Positions 36,391 through 45,933 of a stretch of DNA of 62,718 bases are shown piece after piece. The first letter of the stretch is position 1, and the number at the start of each line of letters is the position of its first letter. Origin of the DNA: an uncultured bacterium (lineage in GTDB: Bacteria > Omnitrophota > Omnitrophia > Omnitrophales > Aquincolibacteriaceae). Made by a program: the position numbers and the translations under genes. The notes under the pieces were generated by a model that was not told the DNA's origin, did not search any database, and saw only the letters and a list, made by a program, of their open reading frames with translations. The stretch is from positions 3,445 to 66,162 of the forward strand of contig CAYULU010000004.1 in NCBI GenBank assembly GCA_964445745.1, read 5' to 3'.

Positions 36391-37881
36391 TTAAAGAAAT
36401 AAATCCCTCTCTCCATCTCTGATGCGTTCAAGAAATCCATAAAAAACTTTAAAACCATTCGGGTTTCTCTCCCGGATCTCGTTAATTTCTTTTTCCATCA
36501 CCTTCATACCGATTTCACGAGTTTCGGGAGACGCAAAATCATCCAGCCATTCCTGAAAGGTAAGAACAGCATTCAACTTGCAGAATTTTCCCTCCCTGCC
36601 GCTCCTGAGCAGTTCCATAATGCACTTGCCCGTACGCCCACAGCGGTATCCGGCCGTGCAAAACGACGTAATAAATCCCGTCTTCGCAAAATCTCGAACC
36701 AGTTCATCCAGGCCCCGCGTGTCGCCGAGTATAAACTGCTGGCGGTCTTCCTGTTGGGTTTCGCTATCTTCGCTGTAGCCCCCGATACCAAGTTTCGATG
36801 ACGCGTCCATCTGCGTAATGCCGTGATAGATCGCCTCACGCCTTATGTCTGCCGTTTCCCGCGCTGTGACAATCATACCGGTATAAGGGATCGCGAGACG
36901 GATCAGCATGATCACCTTCAGAAAATCTTGATCAGAAACCCGGTACGGCGACTGAAAAACATAAGGGGCATTCAACGCCGGCTCCAGTCGGGGGAAGGAA
37001 ACCGTATGCGGTCCAATCCCCATTTTCGACTCAAGATCAATCGCATGATGGAGCAGTGCCATCACTTCAAACCGCCAGTCATAAAGCCCAAAAAGAACGC
37101 CAATTCCAACATCGTCAATCCCTGTCTCAGGTTCCATGGCCCGATGCATGGCATAAAGCCGCCACTGATAATCCGACTTCAGGGTACCCTTCGGGTGGAG
37201 TTTGGCATAGGTCTCATGATGATACGTTTCCTGAAACACCTGATAGGTCCCGAGTCCCACATCATGCAACAATTTCAATTCCCCGGCAGGCATCGGCGCA
37301 GCGTTAACGTTAATTCGCCGGATATTTCCGCACCCTTTTTTAACCGGTACCTTCACGTCATAAATCGTTCTCATGCTCTCGGCGATGTAATCAACTCCAG
37401 TCATGGGATGCTCACCGTAAACCGCAATAATGCGTTTATGCCCGATGGTGCCCGCCAGAGATTCCGTTTCCTGGCGTATCTCTTCCATCGAGAGGATGCG
37501 TCTTTGGGCAGTCGCATTTTCACGTTTGAAACCGCAATAGGCACAGTTATTGACGCAGTAACTGCCCATATAAAGCGGCGCAAAAGTCACGATCCTGTTG
37601 TCATAGACCTTCAGTTTGATCTTGAGAGCTGTTTCCCGCATTTCGCGAAGCATTTCAGGATCACGAACCTGGATCAGCTCGGCCAGTTCGGCTGGAGTCA
37701 GAGTCTTCACCTCCAGGGACTTGGCCAAAATCTCTTGCACCCGTTCCCTTGAAGGTTCCTGGGCCAATTTGATCTCATCCCAGATTTTTTTATCCTGAAT
37801 AAAATCCCGGCCCCCTTCAAGATACTTGTCAATCTGATCACGTTTGATTCTGTTTGTAACCCATGCCGTTTCCAGACTCAT
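36391..37881 (-). CDS. hydG: [FeFe]-hydrogenase maturase HydG (radical SAM)
   Basis: CVNNCAYC, FQETYH, HTVSFPR, auxiliary-cluster motif C-x5-C-x19-C; ATGA overlap with hydF. Confidence 0.95.
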   Translation of the reverse strand: MSLETAWVTNRIKRDQIDKYLEGGRDFIQDKKIWDEIKLAQEPSRERVQEILAKSLEVKTLTPAELAELIQVRDPEMLREMRETALKIKLKVYDNRIVTFAPLYMGSYCVNNCAYCGFKRENATAQRRILSMEEIRQETESLAGTIGHKRIIAVYGEHPMTGVDYIAESMRTIYDVKVPVKKGCGNIRRINVNAAPMPAGELKLLHDVGLGTYQVFQETYHHETYAKLHPKGTLKSDYQWRLYAMHRAMEPETGIDDVGIGVLFGLYDWRFEVMALLHHAIDLESKMGIGPHTVSFPRLEPALNAPYVFQSPYRVSDQDFLKVIMLIRLAIPYTGMIVTARETADIRREAIYHGITQMDASSKLGIGGYSEDSETQQEDRQQFILGDTRGLDELVRDFAKTGFITSFCTAGYRCGRTGKCIMELLRSGREGKFCKLNAVLTFQEWLDDFASPETREIGMKVMEKEINEIRERNPNGFKVFYGFLERIRDGERDLFL

Positions 37882-39215
37882 GATAGCCTCCACCTTAAAA
37901 CCTTTTCTTTTGCACCGTACGATTCCTTGCTCCGATTTTTTTCACTCTGTGTCCCAATGCGATGTAGGGGGCAATTCTTCCGCATATCTTCATAAACTTG
38001 CAGGGCCTCAGGGAACGGTTCAATAACCCTCCCGAGGGCACCCTGAAGATAAGAAATACAAAGCCCGTAATTGGTCATCGGAACTCCTGCCAGCTTCGCG
38101 CGCTGGATCCGGACCAGTGTCTCACGCCGCGTCAGCATACAAGAACCACATTGAATGATAAGCTGGTACTTTCGGACATCCGGCGGGAAATCCCTTCCTG
38201 AAGTAACATCGATATGGATATCATGCCCAAGATATTTGTTAAGCCAGGCCGGAATTTTGACGCGTCCAATATCGTCCTCGATTGCATGGTGACTACAAGA
38301 TTCAGCAATCAAGACTCTATCCCCAGGCTTAAGGCGATCCACCGCCAAAGCACCTCGGGTCATTTCCACGATATCCGCTTTGAGCCTCGACAGCAGAATC
38401 GAAAAGGTCGTACATTTCACTCCCTCGGGGGTCTCGGCCACCATCCGGTCGACCACCTGAGAATCACAAACAACAAGATCCGGGGGCCCGGCAAGTTTTG
38501 AAAGTGCCTGTCGATATTCACTTTCTTTGACGACCAGCGTCATACCATGATGATCCAACACGTCGCGGATCGCCTGCACCTGAGGCAAAATAATCCTTCC
38601 CTTCGGCGCTTCAGCATCAATCGGAACAATGAGAACCGCAAGACCTCCGCGTGGCATCAAATCTCCGAGCAGTGCCGGCGCCGAAAGGTAGTCGTCCGGA
38701 CAGACCTCAAGAAGAAAACGCTTGAGTTCGTTCACCTGCGCGTCACGCTTTGAAAGATCCGTGCTTGAGCAAATAAGAAAACGAGGCGTTTTTTCACGAA
38801 CACGCGTCAGAAACTCACCAGACGGTAGAACGACATCGGACTTATTAATTACCACAATCAATGGGCTTTTTCGGGATTCTGCCTCACGAACCACTTCTTC
38901 TTCAAAAGACGTCCACACGCCCGACTCCAGGACAAGTAGCGTCACATCCGAACGGTCAAAAATCTTCCGGGTCCTTCGAACCCGGTCCGCTCCAAGCAAA
39001 GACATATCATCCATCCCCCCGGTATCCAAAAACACCACCGGACCAACAGGTAAAAGCTCCATGGTTTTCTCGACCACATCCGTGGTGGTTCCGGGCACAG
39101 GAGAAGTGATGGCAACATCCTGTCCGGCGACCATGTTGAGAAAACTGGACTTCCCCACGTTCGTACGCCCAAAAATTCCAATCTGTAATCTTAAACTCTT
39201 AGGGGTATATTGCAT
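37878..39215 (-). CDS. hydF: [FeFe]-hydrogenase maturase HydF (GTPase)
   Basis: GRTNVGKSS, PGTTTD, DTGG, NKSD, PKGRIILPQVQ, ESCSHH, CGSCM. Start set at ATG 39215. Confidence 0.97.
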   Translation of the reverse strand: MQYTPKSLRLQIGIFGRTNVGKSSFLNMVAGQDVAITSPVPGTTTDVVEKTMELLPVGPVVFLDTGGMDDMSLLGADRVRRTRKIFDRSDVTLLVLESGVWTSFEEEVVREAESRKSPLIVVINKSDVVLPSGEFLTRVREKTPRFLICSSTDLSKRDAQVNELKRFLLEVCPDDYLSAPALLGDLMPRGGLAVLIVPIDAEAPKGRIILPQVQAIRDVLDHHGMTLVVKESEYRQALSKLAGPPDLVVCDSQVVDRMVAETPEGVKCTTFSILLSRLKADIVEMTRGALAVDRLKPGDRVLIAESCSHHAIEDDIGRVKIPAWLNKYLGHDIHIDVTSGRDFPPDVRKYQLIIQCGSCMLTRRETLVRIQRAKLAGVPMTNYGLCISYLQGALGRVIEPFPEALQVYEDMRKNCPLHRIGTQSEKNRSKESYGAKEKVLRWRLS

Positions 39216-39380
39216 TTTTCCCTTTCTCGTGTTCAAAATCGGATATTGAATACAAAAAATTTCTTTTTCTAAATCTCCCCATAACTTCAAGCCATGTCGG
39301 CGAATTTAAGTTGCTGGAAGCGGGACGCGCCTAAAAAAAAATCAGCATGTCGGGTCAAACTCGCCCATGTTTTTCTCACA

Positions 39381-39638
39381 CTAACTTGGTGACTGTTTGG
39401 TAAGCCCCGACTTTACGGCAACGCCGTCAAGGGCACCCAACCTTCCCGTAAGAGCACCCAGCTCATCGGTGGTCGCATCGACAATCAGCGTAATCACCGA
39501 ACACCCCCTCTCCTTGTAAGGTAACCCGACCCTTGCCACAATAATTTCAGCGTGTTCCGAAAGGAGCTCATTAACCGCGTGAGCAGCTTTTTTCCTGTCT
39601 TCAACAATGATTCCGACAAATCCCACTCGTTTTGACAT
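39381..39638 (-). CDS. TM1266-family iron-only hydrogenase system regulator-like protein
   Basis: KRVGFVGIIVED..VNELLSEHA.IIVARVGLPY..VITLIVD..LTGRLG pattern, located between hydA and hydF. Confidence 0.85.
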   Translation of the reverse strand: MSKRVGFVGIIVEDRKKAAHAVNELLSEHAEIIVARVGLPYKERGCSVITLIVDATTDELGALTGRLGALDGVAVKSGLTKQSPS

Positions 39639-39827
39639 TCTTTTCTCCTCTTCTAAAAAAATTAACCCCGGTAGAACCTTCCTGAAGGAACGACCGGGGT
39701 TATGGCAAACTTTGATTTTCCCCTTGGCGTCAGCCCGTAAGGGCCTTCTCTTCAGGAACTTGTTTTTAGTGTCTCACACACTTACAGACAAATACTTTTA
39801 TTGGCGCTCTGAACTTGTCATTACAAC

Positions 39828-41579
39828 TTACCTTCGATAAACCGGAAGGGGCTGATATTTCGTATGGAGCAAATGGTGCGCCTTTTCGCTAAGCGGTTTA
39901 CCGAGAAATTCTTTATAGAGCTTCTGCACATACGGATTTTCATGAGAGCAACGCACCGTTTGAGCTTCATCATCGGTGTACAGCCCTTTCGCACGCGCAA
40001 TCCGAAGCTCATCCGTCACACCATAAGGTTGTCCCCCGCCTCCCACGCAACCGCCGGGGCACGCCATGACCTCCACGAAATGATAAGGTAACGGTTTACC
40101 TTCCTTCTGAGCCTGACGGATTTGGTTTAAGACAAACTCAACGTTGGCAAGACCATGCGCGACCGCAATCTTCACTTCCGTCCCTTTAATATCAACGGAA
40201 GTTTCCTTAACGCCTTTCAGCCCACGCACATTTTCAAATTCGACCTTGGCAAGTTTTTCTCCGGTCACAAACGAATACGCCGTCCGAAGCGCCGCCTCCA
40301 TGACACCGCCCGTTGCACCAAAAATCGTTCCCGCGCCGCTATAATCCCCAAGAATATGGTCGCACTCTTCATCCGGCAAATTGACAAAGTCAATTCCTGC
40401 CTGTTTGATCATTCGCGCGAGTTCCCGGGTCGTAAGCACCACATCCACATCCTGGTACCCCGAGGCAGACATATCCGTACTACGGGAAATTTCAAATTTT
40501 TTAGCCGTACAAGGCATGACGGACACTACCCTTAACTTTGCGGGATCCAGCTTGTTCTTTTGTGCATAGTACGTCTTGATCAACACCCCCATCATTTCAT
40601 GAGGCGATTTCGCAGATGAAAAATGAGGGATCATATCCGAATGAAATTTCTCCATAAAATCAACCCAGGAAGGGCAACAGGTTGTAATGAGCGGAAGCGG
40701 CCCTTTTTTGTGAACAAATCGCTCAACAAATTCCGACGCTTCTTCCATAATCGTCACGTCCGCGCTAAAATTCGTATCAAAAATCGCCTTAAAACCCATG
40801 CGTCGAAGTGCCGCATAAATCTTTTTCGTCACATTAGCTCCAAGCGGAAAACCAAAAGCTTCTCCAAGCGCGACGCGAACCGCCGGGGCAATTTGGACAA
40901 CGCAGTACTGCTCCGGATCACGCAGGGCACGCCAAGCAAGAACGGTATCATCCTTTTCAAAAATAGCACCCGTCGGACAGTGAGCCGCACACTGTCCACA
41001 GCGAACACAGGGAGAATCCGAAAGACTAATATCCCCCGCCGGCGCCATCCGCGTATTGAATCCTCGCTGTAGAAAGGTTAAAGCCCAGACATCCTGGACA
41101 TTTTGGCAAACATCGACACACCTTCCGCAGTTAATACACTTACGCGGATCCAGCACGATGTTTCCCGTCGAATCATCCTTCGGAATTTCACGCACAATTT
41201 TTTCAAAATATTCTTCCCGAATTCCAAAGTCTGCCACCAGAGTCTGTAATTCACAATTATTGTTTCGTCCACAAGTGAGGCACTCATTCGGATGATTGGA
41301 AAGAAAAAGCTCGATCACAGTCCGCCGGATCGCGACAATCTCGGGGTCGTGAGTGATGATATCCATACCTTCCTCGATCGGTGTGCAACAGGCACGAAGC
41401 ATTTTTTTTGAACCCTTGACCCGAACGAGACAAATACCGCAGGCACCCGAGGCGTGCAGATAAGAATCCGGGTGTTTGCAAAGTGTCGGAATCTTGATCT
41501 GGACTTTCTTGGCAGCATCGAGAATCGTCGTCTGCGCGGGCACTTCTACTTGAATACCGTTAATCACTGCTTTAACCAT
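39828..41579 (-). CDS. hydA: [FeFe]-hydrogenase catalytic subunit, group A3
   Basis: H-cluster motifs TTCCPSW, MPCTAKKFE, EVMACPGGCVGGGGQP; N-terminal [2Fe-2S], His-ligated [4Fe-4S] (HPNEC..C..C) and 2[4Fe-4S] domains. Confidence 0.98.
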   Translation of the reverse strand: MVKAVINGIQVEVPAQTTILDAAKKVQIKIPTLCKHPDSYLHASGACGICLVRVKGSKKMLRACCTPIEEGMDIITHDPEIVAIRRTVIELFLSNHPNECLTCGRNNNCELQTLVADFGIREEYFEKIVREIPKDDSTGNIVLDPRKCINCGRCVDVCQNVQDVWALTFLQRGFNTRMAPAGDISLSDSPCVRCGQCAAHCPTGAIFEKDDTVLAWRALRDPEQYCVVQIAPAVRVALGEAFGFPLGANVTKKIYAALRRMGFKAIFDTNFSADVTIMEEASEFVERFVHKKGPLPLITTCCPSWVDFMEKFHSDMIPHFSSAKSPHEMMGVLIKTYYAQKNKLDPAKLRVVSVMPCTAKKFEISRSTDMSASGYQDVDVVLTTRELARMIKQAGIDFVNLPDEECDHILGDYSGAGTIFGATGGVMEAALRTAYSFVTGEKLAKVEFENVRGLKGVKETSVDIKGTEVKIAVAHGLANVEFVLNQIRQAQKEGKPLPYHFVEVMACPGGCVGGGGQPYGVTDELRIARAKGLYTDDEAQTVRCSHENPYVQKLYKEFLGKPLSEKAHHLLHTKYQPLPVYRR

Positions 41580-41625
41580 ATTGACCCCATCAAGTTCCTA
41601 ATCAATTTAGATTTGAAATTTCAGA

Positions 41626-43362
41626 TCAGCTTCGGCTTATGGCCCTAGGCTTACAAACCTCAAAACACTGTCCACATCGAATGCATTTGGTCTGATCGAT
41701 CAGGTAACCGCTTTCACGGTTTCCCGAAATCGCACCCACAGGACAAGCCTTAAAACACATCCCGCACTTCACGCATTTATCCTGAATAATCACAAACTGG
41801 ATCAGCTTCGCGCACTTGCACGCGGGACATTTCTTCTTGTTCACATGCGCATCGTATTCCGCACGATAATAGTGCAGGGTGGACAACACCGGATTGGGAG
41901 CCGTTTGCCCAAGGCCACAGAGGGAGGCCTTCTGCATGGCGTGTGAGATTTGCTCGAGCTGGGCCAGATCCTTTTGCGTTCCTTGTCCATCCGTCACTTT
42001 CGTGAGAAGCTTCAACATTTGGGTGCCGCCGATCCTGCAGGGCGCACATTTTCCGCAAGATTCGTCAACGCAAAACCCGAGATAAAATTTCGCAATATCC
42101 ACCATACAATCATCCTCGTCCATAACAATCATCCCGCCCGAGCCCATGATGGATCCCATCTTCTGCAGGCTTTCATAGTCCACTTTAGTCGCAAAATATT
42201 CTTTCGGGATCACACCGCCCGAGGGACCGCCGGTTTGAATGGCCTTCACCTGCTTTCCGCTCATCGCGCCACCGCAAATCCCGTACACAATATCCTCAAC
42301 CGTGGTGCCCATCGGCACTTCCACCAGTCCAGAGTTTTTAACTTTTCCCGTCACCGCAAAAACTTTAGTCCCCTTCGACGTTTCAGTCCCGATCTTTGAA
42401 AACCAGTCAGCGCCCTTGAGGAGAATGACGGGGATATTGGCAAGAGTTTCCACGTTATTGATGCAGGTCGGCCGACCCCACAATCCCTTGACTGACGGGA
42501 AGGGAGGCCTCGGACTCGGATAACCGCGCTTGCCTTCAATCGATGCGATCAATGCGGTTTCTTCACCACACACAAACGCACCGGCACCAAGACGGATTTC
42601 CAGATCAAAGCAAAAGGAAGAGCCAAGAATGTTATTTCCAAGAAGTCCGGTTTCATGACAACGCTTAATCGCTTTTTCAATTCTCTCGATCGCAACCGGA
42701 TATTCCGCACGGATGTAAAAGAACCCCTTCGACGCGCCAATCGCGTAACCTCCGATGATCATTCCCTCGATCACCGAATACGGGTCCCCCTCAAGAACTC
42801 CCCTGTCCATATAGGCACCCGGGTCGCCCTCATCACCGTTACAAACAATATATTTCTGGTCGTTTTGGGACTTGCGAGTAAATTCCCATTTCATACCGGT
42901 TGGAAATCCGGCGCCGCCTCGCCCTCGAAGCCCACTCGTTTTCATTTCCTGGATAACTTTCTCCGGCGTATAACTTCCAAGGACTTTCGCAAGCGCGGCA
43001 AACCCGTCGTGAGCTATATAATCTTCCAAGCTCTCCGGGTCAACAACACCACAATTGCGAAGAACAATTCTCAGCTGTTTCGAAACAGGTTTCACCAATT
43101 TTGCTGAATAAGGATTCCCCGTTTTGATGCTATCTACAATCAAGGAAACATCGGATTCTTCAATCTGCGTATAAACAAGATTATCCGGAACCACGCGTAC
43201 GGCCACTCCCTGGTTATAAAGACCGATATCTGCAACACGGACCGGGATCACCTCATTTTCAAGACCCTTTTCCCTAATCACTCCGAGAAAGAAACCGTAA
43301 AAGTCCCTGGTTCTATCTTTTCCCGCAATTCCCGTATCCTTGATAAATACTGTCTTAGACAT
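41626..43362 (-). CDS. hydB: NADH/FMN-binding hydrogenase subunit (NuoF-like HydB)
   Basis: LRGRGGAGFPTG.KW, CNGDEGDPG, GAFVCGEETAL, ESCGKCAPCRIG..SLCGLG, C-terminal 2[4Fe-4S]. Confidence 0.95.
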   Translation of the reverse strand: MSKTVFIKDTGIAGKDRTRDFYGFFLGVIREKGLENEVIPVRVADIGLYNQGVAVRVVPDNLVYTQIEESDVSLIVDSIKTGNPYSAKLVKPVSKQLRIVLRNCGVVDPESLEDYIAHDGFAALAKVLGSYTPEKVIQEMKTSGLRGRGGAGFPTGMKWEFTRKSQNDQKYIVCNGDEGDPGAYMDRGVLEGDPYSVIEGMIIGGYAIGASKGFFYIRAEYPVAIERIEKAIKRCHETGLLGNNILGSSFCFDLEIRLGAGAFVCGEETALIASIEGKRGYPSPRPPFPSVKGLWGRPTCINNVETLANIPVILLKGADWFSKIGTETSKGTKVFAVTGKVKNSGLVEVPMGTTVEDIVYGICGGAMSGKQVKAIQTGGPSGGVIPKEYFATKVDYESLQKMGSIMGSGGMIVMDEDDCMVDIAKFYLGFCVDESCGKCAPCRIGGTQMLKLLTKVTDGQGTQKDLAQLEQISHAMQKASLCGLGQTAPNPVLSTLHYYRAEYDAHVNKKKCPACKCAKLIQFVIIQDKCVKCGMCFKACPVGAISGNRESGYLIDQTKCIRCGQCFEVCKPRAISRS

Positions 43363-43384
43363 GGCGCTCCTGTTTTTGAGTAAA

Positions 43385-43732
43385 CTAAACTCGAATATCC
43401 ATTACGTGATCATTGACGAGCAGTCTGCCGCACACATGATCTTCGATGATTTTGACGGCCGTTTCGCGATCCACCTTACCGTAATGAACCCGGGGCAATC
43501 CCCTGACGCAAACCTCAACCATCGGCTCCGCCGAGCACATCCCCACACACCCGCATTTTTTGATCTCAATGTCAGCATTATGTTTACGAGCTTCTTCGCA
43601 AAGCACATCAAAGGTTTCCTGAGCTCCCGCAGCGATCCCGCAACTTGAACAACCCACTTTGATCCAGTTTTTTTCAGCCGCTGTGGCGTCCTGTTTGATT
43701 TTGGCCAGATCTTCCCGAGTCAGTTTTGCCAT
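43385..43732 (-). CDS. Thioredoxin-like [2Fe-2S] ferredoxin subunit (HydD/HndB-like)
   Basis: KVGCSSCGIAAGA..CGCVGMCSAEP.VEV..YGKVD. Start moved to ATG 43732 (MAKLTREDL). Confidence 0.88.
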   Translation of the reverse strand: MAKLTREDLAKIKQDATAAEKNWIKVGCSSCGIAAGAQETFDVLCEEARKHNADIEIKKCGCVGMCSAEPMVEVCVRGLPRVHYGKVDRETAVKIIEDHVCGRLLVNDHVMDIRV

Positions 43733-43748
43733 ATCCCCCGCGCTCCCA

Positions 43749-44243
43749 TTAAACCACTTTCGTTTCCGTCCCGATTTCATCCGAATAATGTGCGATAATA
43801 TTTCCAATATCCTTCTTCTTGACACCGCCGTAAATCTTTTCACCGATCTTGAGAACCGGCGCAAGGCCGCAACACCCCAGACAGCGAACTACTTCAAGAT
43901 GAAACTGTCCATCCTTCGTCGTCTCTCCTGGTTTGATACAAAGAAGATGCTCAAGCTCGGCCACCAGTTCTGCACCGCCCTTCAAATAACAGGCAGTTCC
44001 CATACAAACAGAAATGGTCTTTTTCCCGGGAGGTGAAAGACGGAAAAAGTGGTAAAAAGTAATGACTTCATAAATACGCGCCAGCGGCACATCCAGGACC
44101 TCGGAAAGCACCAGGGACACTTCTCTGGGAACATACCCGTAACGGTTCTGGATCTGGTGGAGCACCATGATCAGATTGCCTTCCTTGTCCTTCCACGCAT
44201 CTGCGATCTCTCGGATCTCTTTCTCAATCTTACTTTTATCCAT
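43749..44243 (-). CDS. hydC: NuoE-like [2Fe-2S] hydrogenase subunit (HydC)
   Basis: VLHQIQNRYGYVP, YEVITFYHFF, C-x4-C (CMGTAC) ... C-x3-C (CLGCC). Confidence 0.93.
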   Translation of the reverse strand: MDKSKIEKEIREIADAWKDKEGNLIMVLHQIQNRYGYVPREVSLVLSEVLDVPLARIYEVITFYHFFRLSPPGKKTISVCMGTACYLKGGAELVAELEHLLCIKPGETTKDGQFHLEVVRCLGCCGLAPVLKIGEKIYGGVKKKDIGNIIAHYSDEIGTETKVV

Positions 44244-44266
44244 TCAAAAACTCCCTCGAACTACTT

Positions 44267-44608
44267 TTATTTTTTTATCTGCTCAATCGCTTTAGCCACC
44301 AACGTTACATAAGTCATTGCACTGGCCCCCCCCACCAGAACCGCCACCATGCAAGCCTCGAGCATTTCTTCCTTCGACCATCCCACATCCAAACATTGGC
44401 GAACCGCATTGGGAATGCAGACCGGACACTTCTGGGTAACGCTTGCCACCAGTATCAAAAGCCACTTTGTCTTTTCCGGAATCTTTCCGCCCCGGGTCAA
44501 AGCTTCTTTTTCCTTCATAAAAGCGTCGTAGGCCTGGGGAACCGTTTTCCGGATATCCACCATCGCCTCATTAAACTGGCTCAACAGCTTCTGCGCATCA
44601 TATTCCAT
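44267..44608 (-). CDS. Carboxymuconolactone decarboxylase / AhpD-like protein with CxxC
   Basis: KTKWLI..ASVTQKCPVCI..H-less..GWSKEEMLEA..VA pattern typical of the CMD/AhpD fold. Confidence 0.8.
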   Translation of the reverse strand: MEYDAQKLLSQFNEAMVDIRKTVPQAYDAFMKEKEALTRGGKIPEKTKWLLILVASVTQKCPVCIPNAVRQCLDVGWSKEEMLEACMVAVLVGGASAMTYVTLVAKAIEQIKK

Positions 44609-44655
44609 ATTTTGACCTCATTTTGGCCCGTTAGAACCCGTAGTTTCCTCAATGC

Positions 44656-45273
44656 TTATGACTGGGCGCCACAGAAAAGAGAAAGTATCTTTAATGTAAA
44701 ATCGATACTCCGAACCTGCACTTTCTCGGGAACATTAATCGAGTGCGGCGCAAAATTCAAGATCCGGTGAAGCCCTGACAAAACCATGTAATCGGCAACT
44801 TCCTGGCACTGCTCTTTCGGTACGGCAATAATTCCAATATCCGCCCGGCACCTTTTGATAATCTCCGGAGCCCTTTCAAGGGGATAAACCTTGACTCCGT
44901 TAACTTTTTTACCGGTCTTTTTTCGATCCACATCAAAAGCGGCCACCAGCTTGATCTTTTTCTGGTGAAAACCCGGATATTTTAGTACCGCAGACCCTAA
45001 ATTTCCTACCCCAAAAAGCACCAAATGAACTGTGTGGTTCTGCAACAAATAATTTTCAAGCGTCTTCTTCAGATCGGCCGTCTTGTACCCGACCCTGGGT
45101 TTCCCGACGCTTTTAAAATTGGAAATGTCTTTCCGTATTTGGACATCCGAAAGACCTGTAATTTCAGAGAGCTGCCCGGAAGAAACCAGATAGCGTTTTT
45201 CCTTAAGCAGACCTTCCAGAGTTCTGATATAGAGGAGAACCCTTGTAATCGTCTTTCGGGGAAGTTTTTTCAT
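44656..45273 (-). CDS. rex: Redox-sensing transcriptional repressor Rex
   Basis: VSSGQLS..G....QIRKDIS.F..GK..VGY winged HTH; NAD-binding GVGNLGSA; AAFD; ILNFAP. Confidence 0.95.
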   Translation of the reverse strand: MKKLPRKTITRVLLYIRTLEGLLKEKRYLVSSGQLSEITGLSDVQIRKDISNFKSVGKPRVGYKTADLKKTLENYLLQNHTVHLVLFGVGNLGSAVLKYPGFHQKKIKLVAAFDVDRKKTGKKVNGVKVYPLERAPEIIKRCRADIGIIAVPKEQCQEVADYMVLSGLHRILNFAPHSINVPEKVQVRSIDFTLKILSLFCGAQS

Positions 45274-45280
45274 TATGAAT

Positions 45281-45332
45281 TCGTGAAATTCAGAACAATT
45301 AAAATATTACCAGCCTAAAACAGTTTTGACAA
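45281..45332 (-). promoter_or_regulatory. Sigma-70 promoter and candidate Rex operator of the rex-hyd operon
   Basis: TTGTCA (45327-45332), 17 nt spacer, extended -10 TGG-TAATAT (45304-45309); TTGTTCT-GAAT-TTCACGA (45281-45298) matches 10/14 positions of TTGTGAA-N4-TTCACAA. Confidence 0.6.
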
Positions 45333-45363
45333 CATGAAATTTAAACCCGAAACTTGCCCCCCC

Positions 45364-45816
45364 CTACTCGCCGATGTCCTCATCCCAGAGCTGAGGGGTT
45401 TCAGAGATAAAATCACGCATGATCTTTTGACATTCGGGAAGATTAAGGTTCATCATTTTAACACCCCGGTTCTTTGCATAAGCCTCAGGCCCCCGAAACG
45501 TTTCATTCTCTCCGATAACCACTACCGGTATTTTATAGAGAAGAATCGCTCCCGTACACATCGAACAAGGTGAAAGCGTGGAGTAAATCACGCATTTTTT
45601 ATAATCCTTCGAAGTAAGCCGCCCCGCGTTCTCCAGACAATCCATTTCCGCATGCAAAATAGCAGAATCTTTTTGGACTCTCCGGTTATGCCCCCTTCCG
45701 ATAATCGCTCCGTCCTTCACAAGGACCGAGCCTATCGGAATGCCGCCTTCGGCATGGCTTCGTAATGCCTCTTTTATCGCCTCTTTCATGAATTTTAGAT
45801 GCTGTTTTTTCGTCAT
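45364..45816 (-). CDS. Zn-dependent nucleoside/cytosine deaminase
   Basis: HAE and PCSMC zinc motifs, IPIGSVLV, GRGHNRRVQ. Confidence 0.9.
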   Translation of the reverse strand: MTKKQHLKFMKEAIKEALRSHAEGGIPIGSVLVKDGAIIGRGHNRRVQKDSAILHAEMDCLENAGRLTSKDYKKCVIYSTLSPCSMCTGAILLYKIPVVVIGENETFRGPEAYAKNRGVKMMNLNLPECQKIMRDFISETPQLWDEDIGE

Positions 45817-45933
45817 AAACTTCTAAAGAAAAAACTTTCCTATTTTTTAGCTCCAGCGTTTCTGTCCACTAGCCCAAAAATAATTTCCTAAAACCGATCC
45901 GTTGGATCTTCCCAACTCCTCTTGGTTCCTGTT

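Noticed and set aside
35182-37881. Annotation as biotin synthase BioB and thiazole synthase ThiH
   Set aside because: Auxiliary-cluster motifs and adjacency to hydF and hydA identify HydE and HydG.
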